From positions 1 to 56,775 of the forward strand of contig JALSOH010000001.1 in assembly GCA_026986575.1 (NCBI GenBank): a stretch of 56,775 bases of DNA, in the 5' to 3' direction. Shown piece after piece: positions 39,079-48,424 of the stretch. The stretch's first letter is position 1; the number at the start of each line of letters is the position of its first letter. Source of the DNA: Thermoproteota archaeon. GTDB lineage: Archaea; Korarchaeota; Korarchaeia; Korarchaeales; Korarchaeaceae. The notes under the pieces are model-generated. The model did not search any database and had not been told where the DNA came from. It worked only from the letters and a program-made list of their open reading frames with translations. The position numbers and the translations under genes were made by a program.

Positions 39079-39741
39079 TCACTGCAGAAAGCCCATCAGG
39101 CTTGTCCTCCTTCTCTCGTCCAGCAGGTTCTGCATGGTGGCCCACTTCCACCTTATCTGATCCTTGGGGAATGGATAACCACCGAGGACTTTTAGGAGGA
39201 ACTCCTTCGTCCTCCGATCCCCCGGATACCCCGATCCGAAGTCATAACAGGCTCTTTCCTTGAGCTCATCGACTCTCCTGTCCCTCTCGACCTTAGCAAG
39301 TATTGAGGCGGCCGCCACGTGTACGAACCTCTTGTCCGCCTTGTTCTCAGCCCTCACCCTCACCGACATCCCTCCAAGCTTGGACTTGAGGACGCGCTTG
39401 AACCTGTCCGTGTTCCTGCCGGGGGCATCCACTATCGCCAGGCTGGGCCTCAGTTCCCGGATTATATCGGCCATCACTTCCGCCTCCAAGAGGTTGAGTC
39501 CATTCTCGGACACGGCTTCATCTATCCTCTTCGGTTCCACGACCCTGAGCACGTAGGCCTCGGCCAGCTCCTTAATCACAGGTTCAAACTCTTCCCTTCT
39601 CTCAGGTGTTAGGAGCTTGGAATCCTTCACCCCCATAGCTCTGAGCTTCCTAGCAGCGCTAGGCGTCAAGACGACCCCTGCCACCACCATGGGTCCTATC
39701 ACTGGCCCTCTACCAGCTTCATCCAATCCTGCAGTTGGCAT
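39079..39741 (-). CDS. rnhB: Ribonuclease HII (copy 1)
   Basis: GLDEAGRGPVIGP, KDSK, VDA, AAASILAKVERD, GSGYPGD. Confidence 0.96.
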   Translation of the reverse strand: MPTAGLDEAGRGPVIGPMVVAGVVLTPSAARKLRAMGVKDSKLLTPERREEFEPVIKELAEAYVLRVVEPKRIDEAVSENGLNLLEAEVMADIIRELRPSLAIVDAPGRNTDRFKRVLKSKLGGMSVRVRAENKADKRFVHVAAASILAKVERDRRVDELKERACYDFGSGYPGDRRTKEFLLKVLGGYPFPKDQIRWKWATMQNLLDERRRTSLMGFLQ

Positions 39742-39922
39742 GATCGAGAAAGGTGGTCCTCAGCAACTAAAAAGGATCTCGTTTGAACATAATCTCTCTT
39801 AACAGCCTGTTCGTTATCCAGACGAACCTTGATCGGTAAGCGATAAATCGGGAGTGCTTCCGCAAGCTCAAGCTGGCGGTCATACGTAATGTATTATAAG
39901 GTAAAGTGACGGTTGAGAGCGC

Positions 39923-40078
39923 GTGATACCATCTCTGACTTATGAAGAGTTCGTAAAGTGGCTGAAAGAGGCCGGAAAAACCAGATCCTTCTGGACCAGG
40001 CCGATAGACGATATATCACTCGAGACAGCCGACGGGGAGATATCCTTCCGTGTAGTCTGGGCCACTAGGGAGAGGTAG
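39923..40078 (+). pseudogene. 5' fragment of a paralog of the GNAT gene at 51119
   Basis: VIPSLTYEEFVKWLKEAGKTRSFWTRPI vs MPPFTPNEFIDWLREAGKTRTFWTKPI. Confidence 0.75.
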
Positions 40079-40291
40079 AGGAATGGAGGAGGGACTTCTA
40101 CCTCGAGGGGATTGAAGGTTACAGGCTAGCATTCAACTCTGAGGTAAATTATTCTTTCGATCTGCCCAAGGAAACACCTCAGGTCTGATCCTGTTGATAG
40201 TCAAAGGGGCGAGGCTGAGTGGGATGAGGGAAACCTCTATTACGATGTGGTAGACGCGAGGCTGGAGATATTGGAAGTGAGGAGATCCTAG
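40078..40291 (+). pseudogene. 3' fragment of a paralog of the transglutaminase gene (about 37602-37814)
   Basis: EEWRRDFYLEGIEGYRLAFNSEVNY..DPVDSQRGEAEWD.GNLYYDVVDARLEILEVRRS*, with a 1-nt frameshift. Confidence 0.85.
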
Positions 40292-40462
40292 TCCGTTGAT
40301 CCTCAGCCCTAAAGTTTTCTACCCTCCTCTTGAGATTTAAGGATCTCAGAAAACGCAGATCGTCTATTGCAGTTATGCTCGTGGGATCCTCCGATTGACA
40401 GCGTAATCCTGTGAGACCCTGTACTCAAAAGAGATTATAAGGCGATCAAAGAGGTTGGTAAT

Positions 40463-41962
40463 ATGCGAGCGCGTAAGCGAAAGGACTTAAAGCGAATGAG
40501 GACTGTCCGAATCATACTGCTACTTATAATTCCTGTTATACTCCTAAGTGCTTCTGTGATTGGGGTTCACTCCGATTCCGACGAGGACGAGGGTGAACAC
40601 GGCAGTTGGATCATGATAAGCTCCGAACTGTGCACAACCTGCCATAAAGAGGTGACCATCTCGGTAAAGGAAATGGCCACCCTTGGATGTTCGTCTTGCC
40701 ATTACGGGGATCCTGGTACAACATCTATCGAGCTCGCACACAAGAACCTCATCTCCAATCCCCTAAACAAATCTGTATTAAGCAAGACCTGTGGACAATG
40801 CCACAGGCTCTCCAGCGATGATGTTAGGAAGTTCATATACGGGTATAGGAGAATGCATCCCTCTACTGGAGAAATTGTTCTGGCAAATCTGACAGGAGGT
40901 GGGTCGGAGAGCTGCCTCAATTGCCATCAGAATATCACCATAGGCATAAGTGGCATGAAGAATCTAACCTGCACTGTGTGCCACGGAGGAGACCCCAGCA
41001 GCCTCGAAAAGGATTTAGCCCACTCCGGACTCATAATAGATCCGCTAGAACCGGGTATTGCGGACAAGACCTGTGGACAATGCCATTCTAGCTCGGTATA
41101 CGGAACCAGAATAGAGATACACCCTAGGAGTGCGCAGCAACTAGGAACGACTACTATGTCCTCTACCACTTCCTCTACCACTGAAGTAACCGCGAGAGTG
41201 GAGTCGCCTACCATCGATGGCATAGTGTCTGATGGCGAATACAGCGCCAAATTCGACTTAGGAAAGGTTACGGTATACACTAGGACAGAGGGCGACGTAG
41301 CCTACATCGCTGTTGTTGGCAAAACCACTGGATGGGTAGCAATAGGCTTCGGAGCTACGGAGGGGATGAAAGATGCAGACATCATAATCGGCTGGGTATC
41401 GGGAGGGAGGACTCATGTGCTAGACTCGTACTCGACTGGGAAAACTGGTCCTCACAAACCAGATACGTCGCTTGGGGGATCAAACAATATCCTCGAATAC
41501 GCTGGCAGTGAGGTCAACGGCATAACAACGATAGAATTCGCTAGGAAGCTGGTAACAGGTGATCAGTACGACAAGCCCCTCAGGATCGGAACTAACGCAG
41601 TGATCTGGGCTATAGGGGATTCTGATGATCCTAAGGATATACATGTGGAGAGGGGAAGCGGTACCATCGTTTTGAGAAAGGCCGCACCCACCACGTCGAG
41701 TGAAGTCGTAACAGAGACTCCAAGGGGAAGCACTGCGAGTGCAGCGCTTGAAACAAAGACACTTACCCTAACATATACTGAGTTCAAAGAGCAACTGGAG
41801 ACGGTTACAGAGGTGAAAACAGTCACGGTCACTGAGACCGTAACGGTGGGAACTTCAACACTGAATCAGGGAATATATCATCTCACGAGTCTGCTGGGAA
41901 TCCCGGTGGCGATCGTAATCGCGATGGTTCTGGTCGCCTTCGCGAGGGGGAGATCCCAATAA
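40463..41962 (+). CDS. Surface-anchored hexaheme cytochrome c - DOMON domain fusion
   Basis: Signal peptide; CxxCH x6 (CTTCH, CSSCH, CGQCH, CLNCH, CTVCH, CGQCH); DOMON GWVAIGF..GMKDADIIIG..IEFARKL.TGD.YD..IWA.G..IH; Thr-rich linker; C-terminal TM. Confidence 0.88.
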   Translation: MRARKRKDLKRMRTVRIILLLIIPVILLSASVIGVHSDSDEDEGEHGSWIMISSELCTTCHKEVTISVKEMATLGCSSCHYGDPGTTSIELAHKNLISNPLNKSVLSKTCGQCHRLSSDDVRKFIYGYRRMHPSTGEIVLANLTGGGSESCLNCHQNITIGISGMKNLTCTVCHGGDPSSLEKDLAHSGLIIDPLEPGIADKTCGQCHSSSVYGTRIEIHPRSAQQLGTTTMSSTTSSTTEVTARVESPTIDGIVSDGEYSAKFDLGKVTVYTRTEGDVAYIAVVGKTTGWVAIGFGATEGMKDADIIIGWVSGGRTHVLDSYSTGKTGPHKPDTSLGGSNNILEYAGSEVNGITTIEFARKLVTGDQYDKPLRIGTNAVIWAIGDSDDPKDIHVERGSGTIVLRKAAPTTSSEVVTETPRGSTASAALETKTLTLTYTEFKEQLETVTEVKTVTVTETVTVGTSTLNQGIYHLTSLLGIPVAIVIAMVLVAFARGRSQ

Positions 41963-42248
41963 GCTTTTTTTATCTCCCCACTAGTCCGAATTCTTAACAG
42001 ATAGGGTTGACTATGTGCCGTCTCGCCACTAGTGTGTGTCCTCGAGAGTATCCAAGTATTTCTTCCGTGAAAAAAGTGATCTGGTCCTTTTAATGAGCAG
42101 CGGAGCTATATTCCCTAAGGACGATAATTCCCGGAGTCTCACAAAGGGAGGAGACCATTCACTTTATCTGCGAATGTGGATTGAAGGGAAAACGCCCAGA
42201 GACCATTCGGCCACTTAAATTAAATTGTAGTACCATGGTTATAGCAAC

Positions 42249-43268
42249 GTGCTGAGTACGGGTTTGCTCAGGTACTCTAGGCAATTGTCCCTGAAGGTAA
42301 TTGGGATTGAAGGGCAGAGGAAGCTCCGAGAGGCGAGTATTGCAATAGTTGGTTGTGGCGCTCTTGGATCTCACTCTGCAGAGTTGCTGACTAGAATGGG
42401 CGTTGGGAGACTCAAACTGATTGATAGAGATGTGGTAGAGCTGGAAAATCTCCATAGGCAGTACTATACCGAGGAACATGCCAGAAATAGTCATCCCAAG
42501 GCCATAGCACTCGCAGAGAGGTTGTCTAAAGTCAACAGCGAGGTGGAGATAGGGCCCGTAATTGCTGATGTAAATTCCAGAAACGTCGTCTCGTTAATCA
42601 CTGATGTCGATATTGTCGTGGACGGGACCGACAACTTCGAAACGCGATTTCTCCTTAATGATGCCTGCATCAAACTTGGGAAACCCTGCGTATTCGGTGC
42701 TGCAGTGGAAACTTACGGAATGGTCTATCCAGTTCTCCCCAGTGGACCATGCTTGAGGGACCTCATGGACTCCCCACCTCCCCCCGGATCAGTGCCGACG
42801 TGCGATGTAGTTGGCATACTTCCCACGGTAGCCTCGATGGTGTCTAGTCAGCAGATAACAGAAGTCCTAAAGATATTACTAGGTAAGGCAGAGACAGGGA
42901 AGGTCCTATTCTTTAATCCCTGGGAAAGGATCTTTGATGAGATCAAAGTGGCTAAAAGAGATGATTGCCCCTCATGCGCTCTCTCCAAGTTCGAGTACCT
43001 GTCTAAAGAGGTTAAAGACGCTGAGCTATGTGGGAGGAGTTCCGTCCACCTGAGTTCCAGGGGACCTGTCGATATCAGGTCTCTGTATCAGAGACTAACC
43101 AGCCTGCAAGACCTACAAGACGAACTTCGACTGAAACTATCTGCTTATGCCCTCTACATCAAAGGTAGAGATTTTGAGATGATCTTATTCCCTGACGGGA
43201 GAGCGATCGTTAAAGGGGCGGATCTCAATAGAGCGAAGTCCCTTTACGCAAGATATGTGGGGATATAG
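42249..43268 (+). CDS. ThiF/MoeB/E1-like adenylyltransferase
   Basis: RYSRQ, VGCGALG, DRDVVE.ENLHRQ, DGTDNFETR, TCDVVG, CPSC. Confidence 0.92.
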   Translation: MLSTGLLRYSRQLSLKVIGIEGQRKLREASIAIVGCGALGSHSAELLTRMGVGRLKLIDRDVVELENLHRQYYTEEHARNSHPKAIALAERLSKVNSEVEIGPVIADVNSRNVVSLITDVDIVVDGTDNFETRFLLNDACIKLGKPCVFGAAVETYGMVYPVLPSGPCLRDLMDSPPPPGSVPTCDVVGILPTVASMVSSQQITEVLKILLGKAETGKVLFFNPWERIFDEIKVAKRDDCPSCALSKFEYLSKEVKDAELCGRSSVHLSSRGPVDIRSLYQRLTSLQDLQDELRLKLSAYALYIKGRDFEMILFPDGRAIVKGADLNRAKSLYARYVGI

Positions 43269-43291
43269 AAGTGGATGGGTACTCAGAGGGG

Positions 43292-43768
43292 TTAAACTAG
43301 GTTAAGATCGACGACAGGGCTACCTTTTCTTACATTTAGCCCCTTCAATACCTCTAAGGGAGTTGGATGTTCTCCCTCAAGAAACTCCACATGCCTCTCA
43401 CAACCATCGCAGAGAATGACGTGTTTACTGGTTTTTGGTGGGAGCAGCTTGCCTGTAAGCCCCGCTCTCACGACATCCTCTTTAGTCACCTTGTCACAGT
43501 CTCTCCAAGGTACAACGCATATATTGCTGTTCTCGTAATCAACTAGAAGCGCTGGCACGAGCTTGCAGCCCAGCTCCCTGAGCGCTTGCACCCTGTGATG
43601 TCCGTCTATAACAATTAGGTTCTTTTCATCCACTAATATGGGTCTCACAAGTACCCCGCTTCTTCTGAGCTCCTCTTTGAGCTTCTCCACCCTATCACGC
43701 TCAACTAACTCATGTGCTCTTAGCCTGTCGATCTCTATAAGCACGATTCGACTCATACGCCTCATCAT
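43292..43768 (-). CDS. ParB/Srx-fold protein, SerK/SbnI-like free serine kinase candidate
   Basis: LRAHE, PILVD, IDGHHR, LPPKTSKH; divergent from cysteine synthase. Confidence 0.7.
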   Translation of the reverse strand: MMRRMSRIVLIEIDRLRAHELVERDRVEKLKEELRRSGVLVRPILVDEKNLIVIDGHHRVQALRELGCKLVPALLVDYENSNICVVPWRDCDKVTKEDVVRAGLTGKLLPPKTSKHVILCDGCERHVEFLEGEHPTPLEVLKGLNVRKGSPVVDLNLV

Positions 43769-43803
43769 TAACTATAGTAATAAATAAATGTATCTAGGTT
43801 CAG

Positions 43804-44760
43804 ATGGGTACGATGTACGCGAGCGTGTTGGACCTCATAGGGAAAACCCCCCTCGTGAGAATAAACAGACTGAATCCGAATCCCAAGGTGGAGATTTACG
43901 CTAAATTGGAAGGACTCAATCCCGGAGGTTCAGTTAAGGATAGGATTTGCGTGAAGATGATAGAAGAAGCTGAGAGAAAGGGTGAGCTCACTAAGGAGAA
44001 GGTCATCTTGGAGCCCACCTCTGGCAACACGGGCATAGGGCTAGCGATGGTGGCAGCCGTCAGAGGATACAGATGCATCTTAGTCATGCCCGCCAGCGTA
44101 AGTATAGAGAGAGTGCTTATGTTGAAGGCTCTTGGAGCTGAAGTGGTACTCACACCACCAGAAAAGGGGACCGATGGAGCGATACTAAAAGCCCGGGAAA
44201 TATATCAGAACGATCCATCGCGTTACTTCATGCCAGACCAGTTTGATAACCCAGCAAATCCCTTGGCCCACTACGAGACGACTGGTCCGGAGATATGGAA
44301 CGACACAGGCGGTAAAGTGACCCACTTGGTGGCTGGTCTCGGTACGAGCGGTACCCTCATGGGAGCGGGTAGATACCTCAAGGAAAGGAATCCAGACATT
44401 CAAATAATAGCGGCAGAGCCGGAGATGGGTCACAGAATACAGGGACTGAAGAATATGAGGGAAGCCGTCGTCCCAACAATATACGATGAGTCCTTCATAG
44501 ACAGAAAGATAGAGGTGAAGACTGAGGACGCATATGAGTGGGCGTTACGTCTCACTAGGGAAGAAGGCATATTCTCAGGACAGTCATCTGGTGCCGCGAT
44601 GTATGCTGCCGCAGAGGTGGCGAAGGAACTGGAACACGGCTTAATTGTCGTCGTTCTACCGGATATGGGATTCAAGTACCTCTCTTCGCCCCCCTACTAC
44701 GACGAAGAAATAGTTGAGAAGGTAATGGAAGCCAGAAAGGGGCTCGTGGTGAAGATCTAA
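43804..44760 (+). CDS. cysK: PLP-dependent cysteine synthase (O-acetyl/O-phosphoserine sulfhydrylase)
   Basis: KLEGLNPGGSVKDR, EPTSGNTG, QFDNPAN, GLGTSGT, GQSSGA. Confidence 0.92.
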   Translation: MGTMYASVLDLIGKTPLVRINRLNPNPKVEIYAKLEGLNPGGSVKDRICVKMIEEAERKGELTKEKVILEPTSGNTGIGLAMVAAVRGYRCILVMPASVSIERVLMLKALGAEVVLTPPEKGTDGAILKAREIYQNDPSRYFMPDQFDNPANPLAHYETTGPEIWNDTGGKVTHLVAGLGTSGTLMGAGRYLKERNPDIQIIAAEPEMGHRIQGLKNMREAVVPTIYDESFIDRKIEVKTEDAYEWALRLTREEGIFSGQSSGAAMYAAAEVAKELEHGLIVVVLPDMGFKYLSSPPYYDEEIVEKVMEARKGLVVKI

Positions 44761-44857
44761 GTGGAGTAACCCCCCTTATTCGATAGATGTGCACCTAACG
44801 GCTATCGCTCGAAACCCTAGTGCTCATCACATCCGATATGGGTTTTGGGGAGCCCTA

Positions 44858-44914
44858 GGGATCGAGATAAGCCTTTACACTGAAAGACCGATGAAGCGCG
44901 CGCGGTGAACTGAG
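44858..44914 (+). ncRNA. Possible C/D box sRNA
   Basis: Intergenic CTGA (44880), CGATGA (44889) and CTGA (44910) with 12-15 nt spacers; box C is non-consensus. Confidence 0.3.
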
Positions 44915-44939
44915 TGGGAGTAGCGACCTCCTCTCACGA

Positions 44940-45602
44940 CTACTCCATGAAATCCGTTAAGCTCGCCCTCCTCCTCTCATTTAGTAGGTTCTGCATGGTG
45001 GCCCATTTCCACCTTATCTGATCTTTCGGAAATGGAAAGCCACTGAGCACTTTTAGGAGGAACTCCTTCGTCCTCGGATCACCCGGGTACCCTGATCCAA
45101 AGTCATAGCCAGCCCTTGCCCTGAGTTCAGCCACCTTCCTGTCTCTCTCGACCTTAGCAAGTATGGAGGCGGCAGCCACATGAACGAATCTCACATCCGC
45201 CTTGTTCTCAGCCCTCACCCTTACAGGCACTCCTCCCAACTTGGATTTTAGGATACGCTTGAACTTGTCCGTATTCCTACCGGGGGCATCCACTATGACC
45301 ATGCTAGGCTTTAATTCCAAGATTATCTCAGCCATAACCTCCGCTTCCAAGGCGTTTAGCTCATTTCTCGTTACAGCGTCATCTATCCTCTTGGGCTCAA
45401 CCACCCTGACAGCATACGCATCTGCCAACTCCTTTATCATAGGTTCGAGCTCCTCCCTTCTCTCTGGAGGGAGGAGTTTGGAATCTCTTACCCCCATCCT
45501 CTTCAGCTTCTTAGCTGCATCGGGCGAGAGTATAACCCCAGCAATCACCATAGGTCCTATCACTGGTCCTCTGCCCGCTTCGTCGAGCCCTGCTGTCGGC
45601 AT
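44940..45602 (-). CDS. rnhB: Ribonuclease HII (copy 2)
   Basis: Same catalytic motifs as copy 1; closely similar protein. Confidence 0.96.
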   Translation of the reverse strand: MPTAGLDEAGRGPVIGPMVIAGVILSPDAAKKLKRMGVRDSKLLPPERREELEPMIKELADAYAVRVVEPKRIDDAVTRNELNALEAEVMAEIILELKPSMVIVDAPGRNTDKFKRILKSKLGGVPVRVRAENKADVRFVHVAAASILAKVERDRKVAELRARAGYDFGSGYPGDPRTKEFLLKVLSGFPFPKDQIRWKWATMQNLLNERRRASLTDFME

Positions 45603-45650
45603 GATCGAACTCAACATCCTACTGAAACTAAAAAGGGATCCGGTTTAGAG

Positions 45651-46607
45651 CTACACCTTGTGACAGGCCACCCAGTGACCCGATCCCACCTCCATCAGTG
45701 CGGGCTCCTCCTCAGCGCACCTCTCATCGGCCAGCGGGCAGCGTGGGTGGAACCTGCATCCAGAAGGCGGGTTCCTGGGATCCGGGGGCTCTCCAGGTAA
45801 TATCTCATCAGGAGCCTTCGCATTTGGAGATGGCTCGAGGACGCTGGCTAAAAGACCCTTGGTGTAGGGATGCATGGGGTTGCCGAATATCTCCTCAACG
45901 GAGGCCATCTCCACGATCTTGCCCGCATACATTACGGCCACCCTGTGGCTGATGTTCCTCACTACTGCTAGGTCGTGGCTTATGAATAGGTAGGCAATAC
46001 CCCTCTCTTCCTGGAGCGATTTCAATAGCTTGAGTATCTGGGCTTGCACGCTCACATCCAGCGCGGAGGTCGGTTCATCCAGCACAATGAACTTGGGCTC
46101 CGGGGCTAGGGCCCTAGCTATGGCTATCCTCTGCCTCTGACCCCCGGAGAACTCATGCGGATACCTGTATAAATGGTCCCCACTGAGTCCCACTCTCTCT
46201 AGGAGGCGCCTAACCATCTCATCTCTTTCCCTCCTGCTCGACACCATGCCGTGTATCTGAAGAGGTCTCCCCACTATATCAGCGATCCTCATCCTTGGAT
46301 TCATGCTGGACATGGGATCTTGATATACAATCTGCATCTCTTTTCTCAATGGTCTGATATCCTTAACAGCCGTCACATCCCTACCATCGAACAGTATGCG
46401 GCCGGATGTAGGTTCGATAAGCCTGAGCACAGTTTTTCCGACCGTAGTCTTGCCGCTGCCAGATTCCCCAACCAAGCCCAGTGTCTCTCCTGCATTCACG
46501 GAAAACGAGATGCCATCAACTGCTCTAACGACCTCCTTCTTCCTCAAGAAGCCCCCGGAGATGTAATGCTTAACCAGATCCTCCACGACGAGAAGCACGA
46601 TCACCAC
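45651..46607 (-). CDS. Oligopeptide/dipeptide ABC transporter ATP-binding protein (DppF/OppF-like)
   Basis: [37 protein letters not shown]. Confidence 0.93.
   Translation of the reverse strand: MVIVLLVVEDLVKHYISGGFLRKKEVVRAVDGISFSVNAGETLGLVGESGSGKTTVGKTVLRLIEPTSGRILFDGRDVTAVKDIRPLRKEMQIVYQDPMSSMNPRMRIADIVGRPLQIHGMVSSRRERDEMVRRLLERVGLSGDHLYRYPHEFSGGQRQRIAIARALAPEPKFIVLDEPTSALDVSVQAQILKLLKSLQEERGIAYLFISHDLAVVRNISHRVAVMYAGKIVEMASVEEIFGNPMHPYTKGLLASVLEPSPNAKAPDEILPGEPPDPRNPPSGCRFHPRCPLADERCAEEEPALMEVGSGHWVACHKV
45659..45774. repeat. 116-bp exact direct repeat, copy 1 (copy 2 at 46627-46742)
   Basis: tgtgacaggccacccagtgacc...catccagaaggcgggttc is identical at the 3' ends of both ATPase genes. 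Confidence 0.95.
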
Positions 46608-47569
46608 CTCCCTGACCCAGAGACCCTGTGACAGGCCACCCAGTGACCCGATCCCACCTCCATCAGTGCGGGCTCCTCCTCAGCGCACCTCTCATCGGCC
46701 AGCGGGCAGCGTGGGTGGAACCTGCATCCAGAAGGCGGGTTCACTAGGCTGGGGACGGATCCCGGTATTGGCTCCACTTCACCGCCGCTCACTTTGGGGA
46801 CAGCTCTAAGCAGGCCCTGCGTGTAGGGATGCATGGGGTTAGAGAAGATCTCTTCCTTGCTTGCCATCTCCACGATCTTGCCCGCATACATTACGGCCAC
46901 CCTGTCCCCGACAGCGGCGGCAACGCCCAAGTTGTGCGTGATGAAGATGAAGGATGCCTCCACCTGACTCTTGAGCTCCGCTATGAGCCTGAGTATCTGG
47001 GCTTGCACACTTACATCCAGCGCGGAGGTCGGTTCATCCATTATGACAAGATCGGGCTCCAACATGAGGGAGGATGCGATTAGAACCCTCTGCCTCATTC
47101 CACCGCTCAGCTCGTGGGGATAGCTGCTAAGGACCTTTTCAGGTCCCGGGACCTTCACCTTACCCAACCACTCCCTGGCCAAGGAGAGAGCATCCTTCTC
47201 GGTTCCCCCCCTATGAGTTAAGTAGATGTCTCTCATGAACTTCCCGATCGTAAACACGGGATTCAGGGCGGTCATAGGCTCTTGGAATACTATGGTTATC
47301 CTGTCCCCCCTGAGCCTTCTGAATTCCTCCTCCCTAAGGGAAGTGAGCTCTTTATTTAAGAACCGGATACTCCCATCAACTCGCGCTGTCTTCGGTAATA
47401 GGCCTATTATGGACAGGGCTAACGTTGATTTTCCGCTCCCTGATTCGCCTACGATGGCCAGAGTCTCCCTCCTACCCAGTGAGAGAGTTACACTGTCGAC
47501 TGCCTTGACGGTTCCTTCATCCGTGTGGTAGCTAACCCTCAGGTCATGGACCTCTAAAAGCATAGTCAC
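46601..47569 (-). CDS. Oligopeptide/dipeptide ABC transporter ATP-binding protein (DppD/OppD-like)
   Basis: [35 protein letters not shown]. Confidence 0.93.
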   Translation of the reverse strand: MTMLLEVHDLRVSYHTDEGTVKAVDSVTLSLGRRETLAIVGESGSGKSTLALSIIGLLPKTARVDGSIRFLNKELTSLREEEFRRLRGDRITIVFQEPMTALNPVFTIGKFMRDIYLTHRGGTEKDALSLAREWLGKVKVPGPEKVLSSYPHELSGGMRQRVLIASSLMLEPDLVIMDEPTSALDVSVQAQILRLIAELKSQVEASFIFITHNLGVAAAVGDRVAVMYAGKIVEMASKEEIFSNPMHPYTQGLLRAVPKVSGGEVEPIPGSVPSLVNPPSGCRFHPRCPLADERCAEEEPALMEVGSGHWVACHRVSGSGRW

Positions 47570-48420
47570 ACCTCCATCTTCGGATTGAGGACATCGTTGA
47601 GTCCGTCCCCGAGCAGGTTGAAGCCGAGGACTGTAATGAAGAGAGCGATGCCCGGGAAGATCCAGACGTGCGGAGCCGTGACGAGGTACGTGCGCGCGTC
47701 ACTCATCATCTGTCCCCACTCCGGGATTGGAGGTTGAACTCCCAAGCCGAGAAAGCTCAGACCTGCTGCTGTAAGTATGGACGCCGCCGTCCTAAGGGTG
47801 GCGTGTACTACTATCGGAGCTAACGAGTTCGGGAGTAGGTACCTAGCGAATATAGAGGCATTGCTCTCACCAATAGCTCTCGCTGCCTCCACAAATTCCA
47901 TCTCCTTCGCTTGGAGGGCCGATCCTCTCATTATTCTCACGAACTGGGGGAAGTTGTAAAGGGCCACAGCCACTATTACATTCTCCAATCCTGGACCAAC
48001 TATGGCGGCCACGAACAACGCTAGGAGGATGTCGGGAAAGGAGAGCATCACATCCACGATCCTAGTCACGACCTCGTCGATCCATCCCCCAACATAAGCT
48101 GATAGGCCGCCAACGAGGACACCAGCGATCACGGCTATGAAGACGCTGACTGTAGAAACTATGAGGGAGGTTCTAGCACCCCATATGACCCTGCTGAGGA
48201 TGTCCCTGCCAGCAAAGTCCGTCCCGAACGGGTACTTCGAGCACGGAGGCAAAAGGCTGTCCCTCAAATTCCCCTTAGTGGGATCGTAGGGAGCTATGAA
48301 AGGAGCCAATAGACCCATGAGAACGAAGGTAGCGACTATAATCCCTCCAACCCTTATGTTCCTGTTTCTGAGAGCCTTTCTCAAGGTCTTCTTGGTCGAA
48401 GGATCCAGCTCCACCAACAT
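47566..48420 (-). CDS. Peptide ABC transporter permease (DppC-like)
   Basis: FGTDFAGRDILSR, EAARAIG, LSFLGLG..PEWG. Confidence 0.93.
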   Translation of the reverse strand: MLVELDPSTKKTLRKALRNRNIRVGGIIVATFVLMGLLAPFIAPYDPTKGNLRDSLLPPCSKYPFGTDFAGRDILSRVIWGARTSLIVSTVSVFIAVIAGVLVGGLSAYVGGWIDEVVTRIVDVMLSFPDILLALFVAAIVGPGLENVIVAVALYNFPQFVRIMRGSALQAKEMEFVEAARAIGESNASIFARYLLPNSLAPIVVHATLRTAASILTAAGLSFLGLGVQPPIPEWGQMMSDARTYLVTAPHVWIFPGIALFITVLGFNLLGDGLNDVLNPKMEV

Positions 48421-48424
48421 GAGA

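Noticed and set aside
41990-42240. Possible MoaD/SAMP sulfur-carrier gene upstream of ThiF
   Set aside because: No suitable ORF ending in Gly-Gly found
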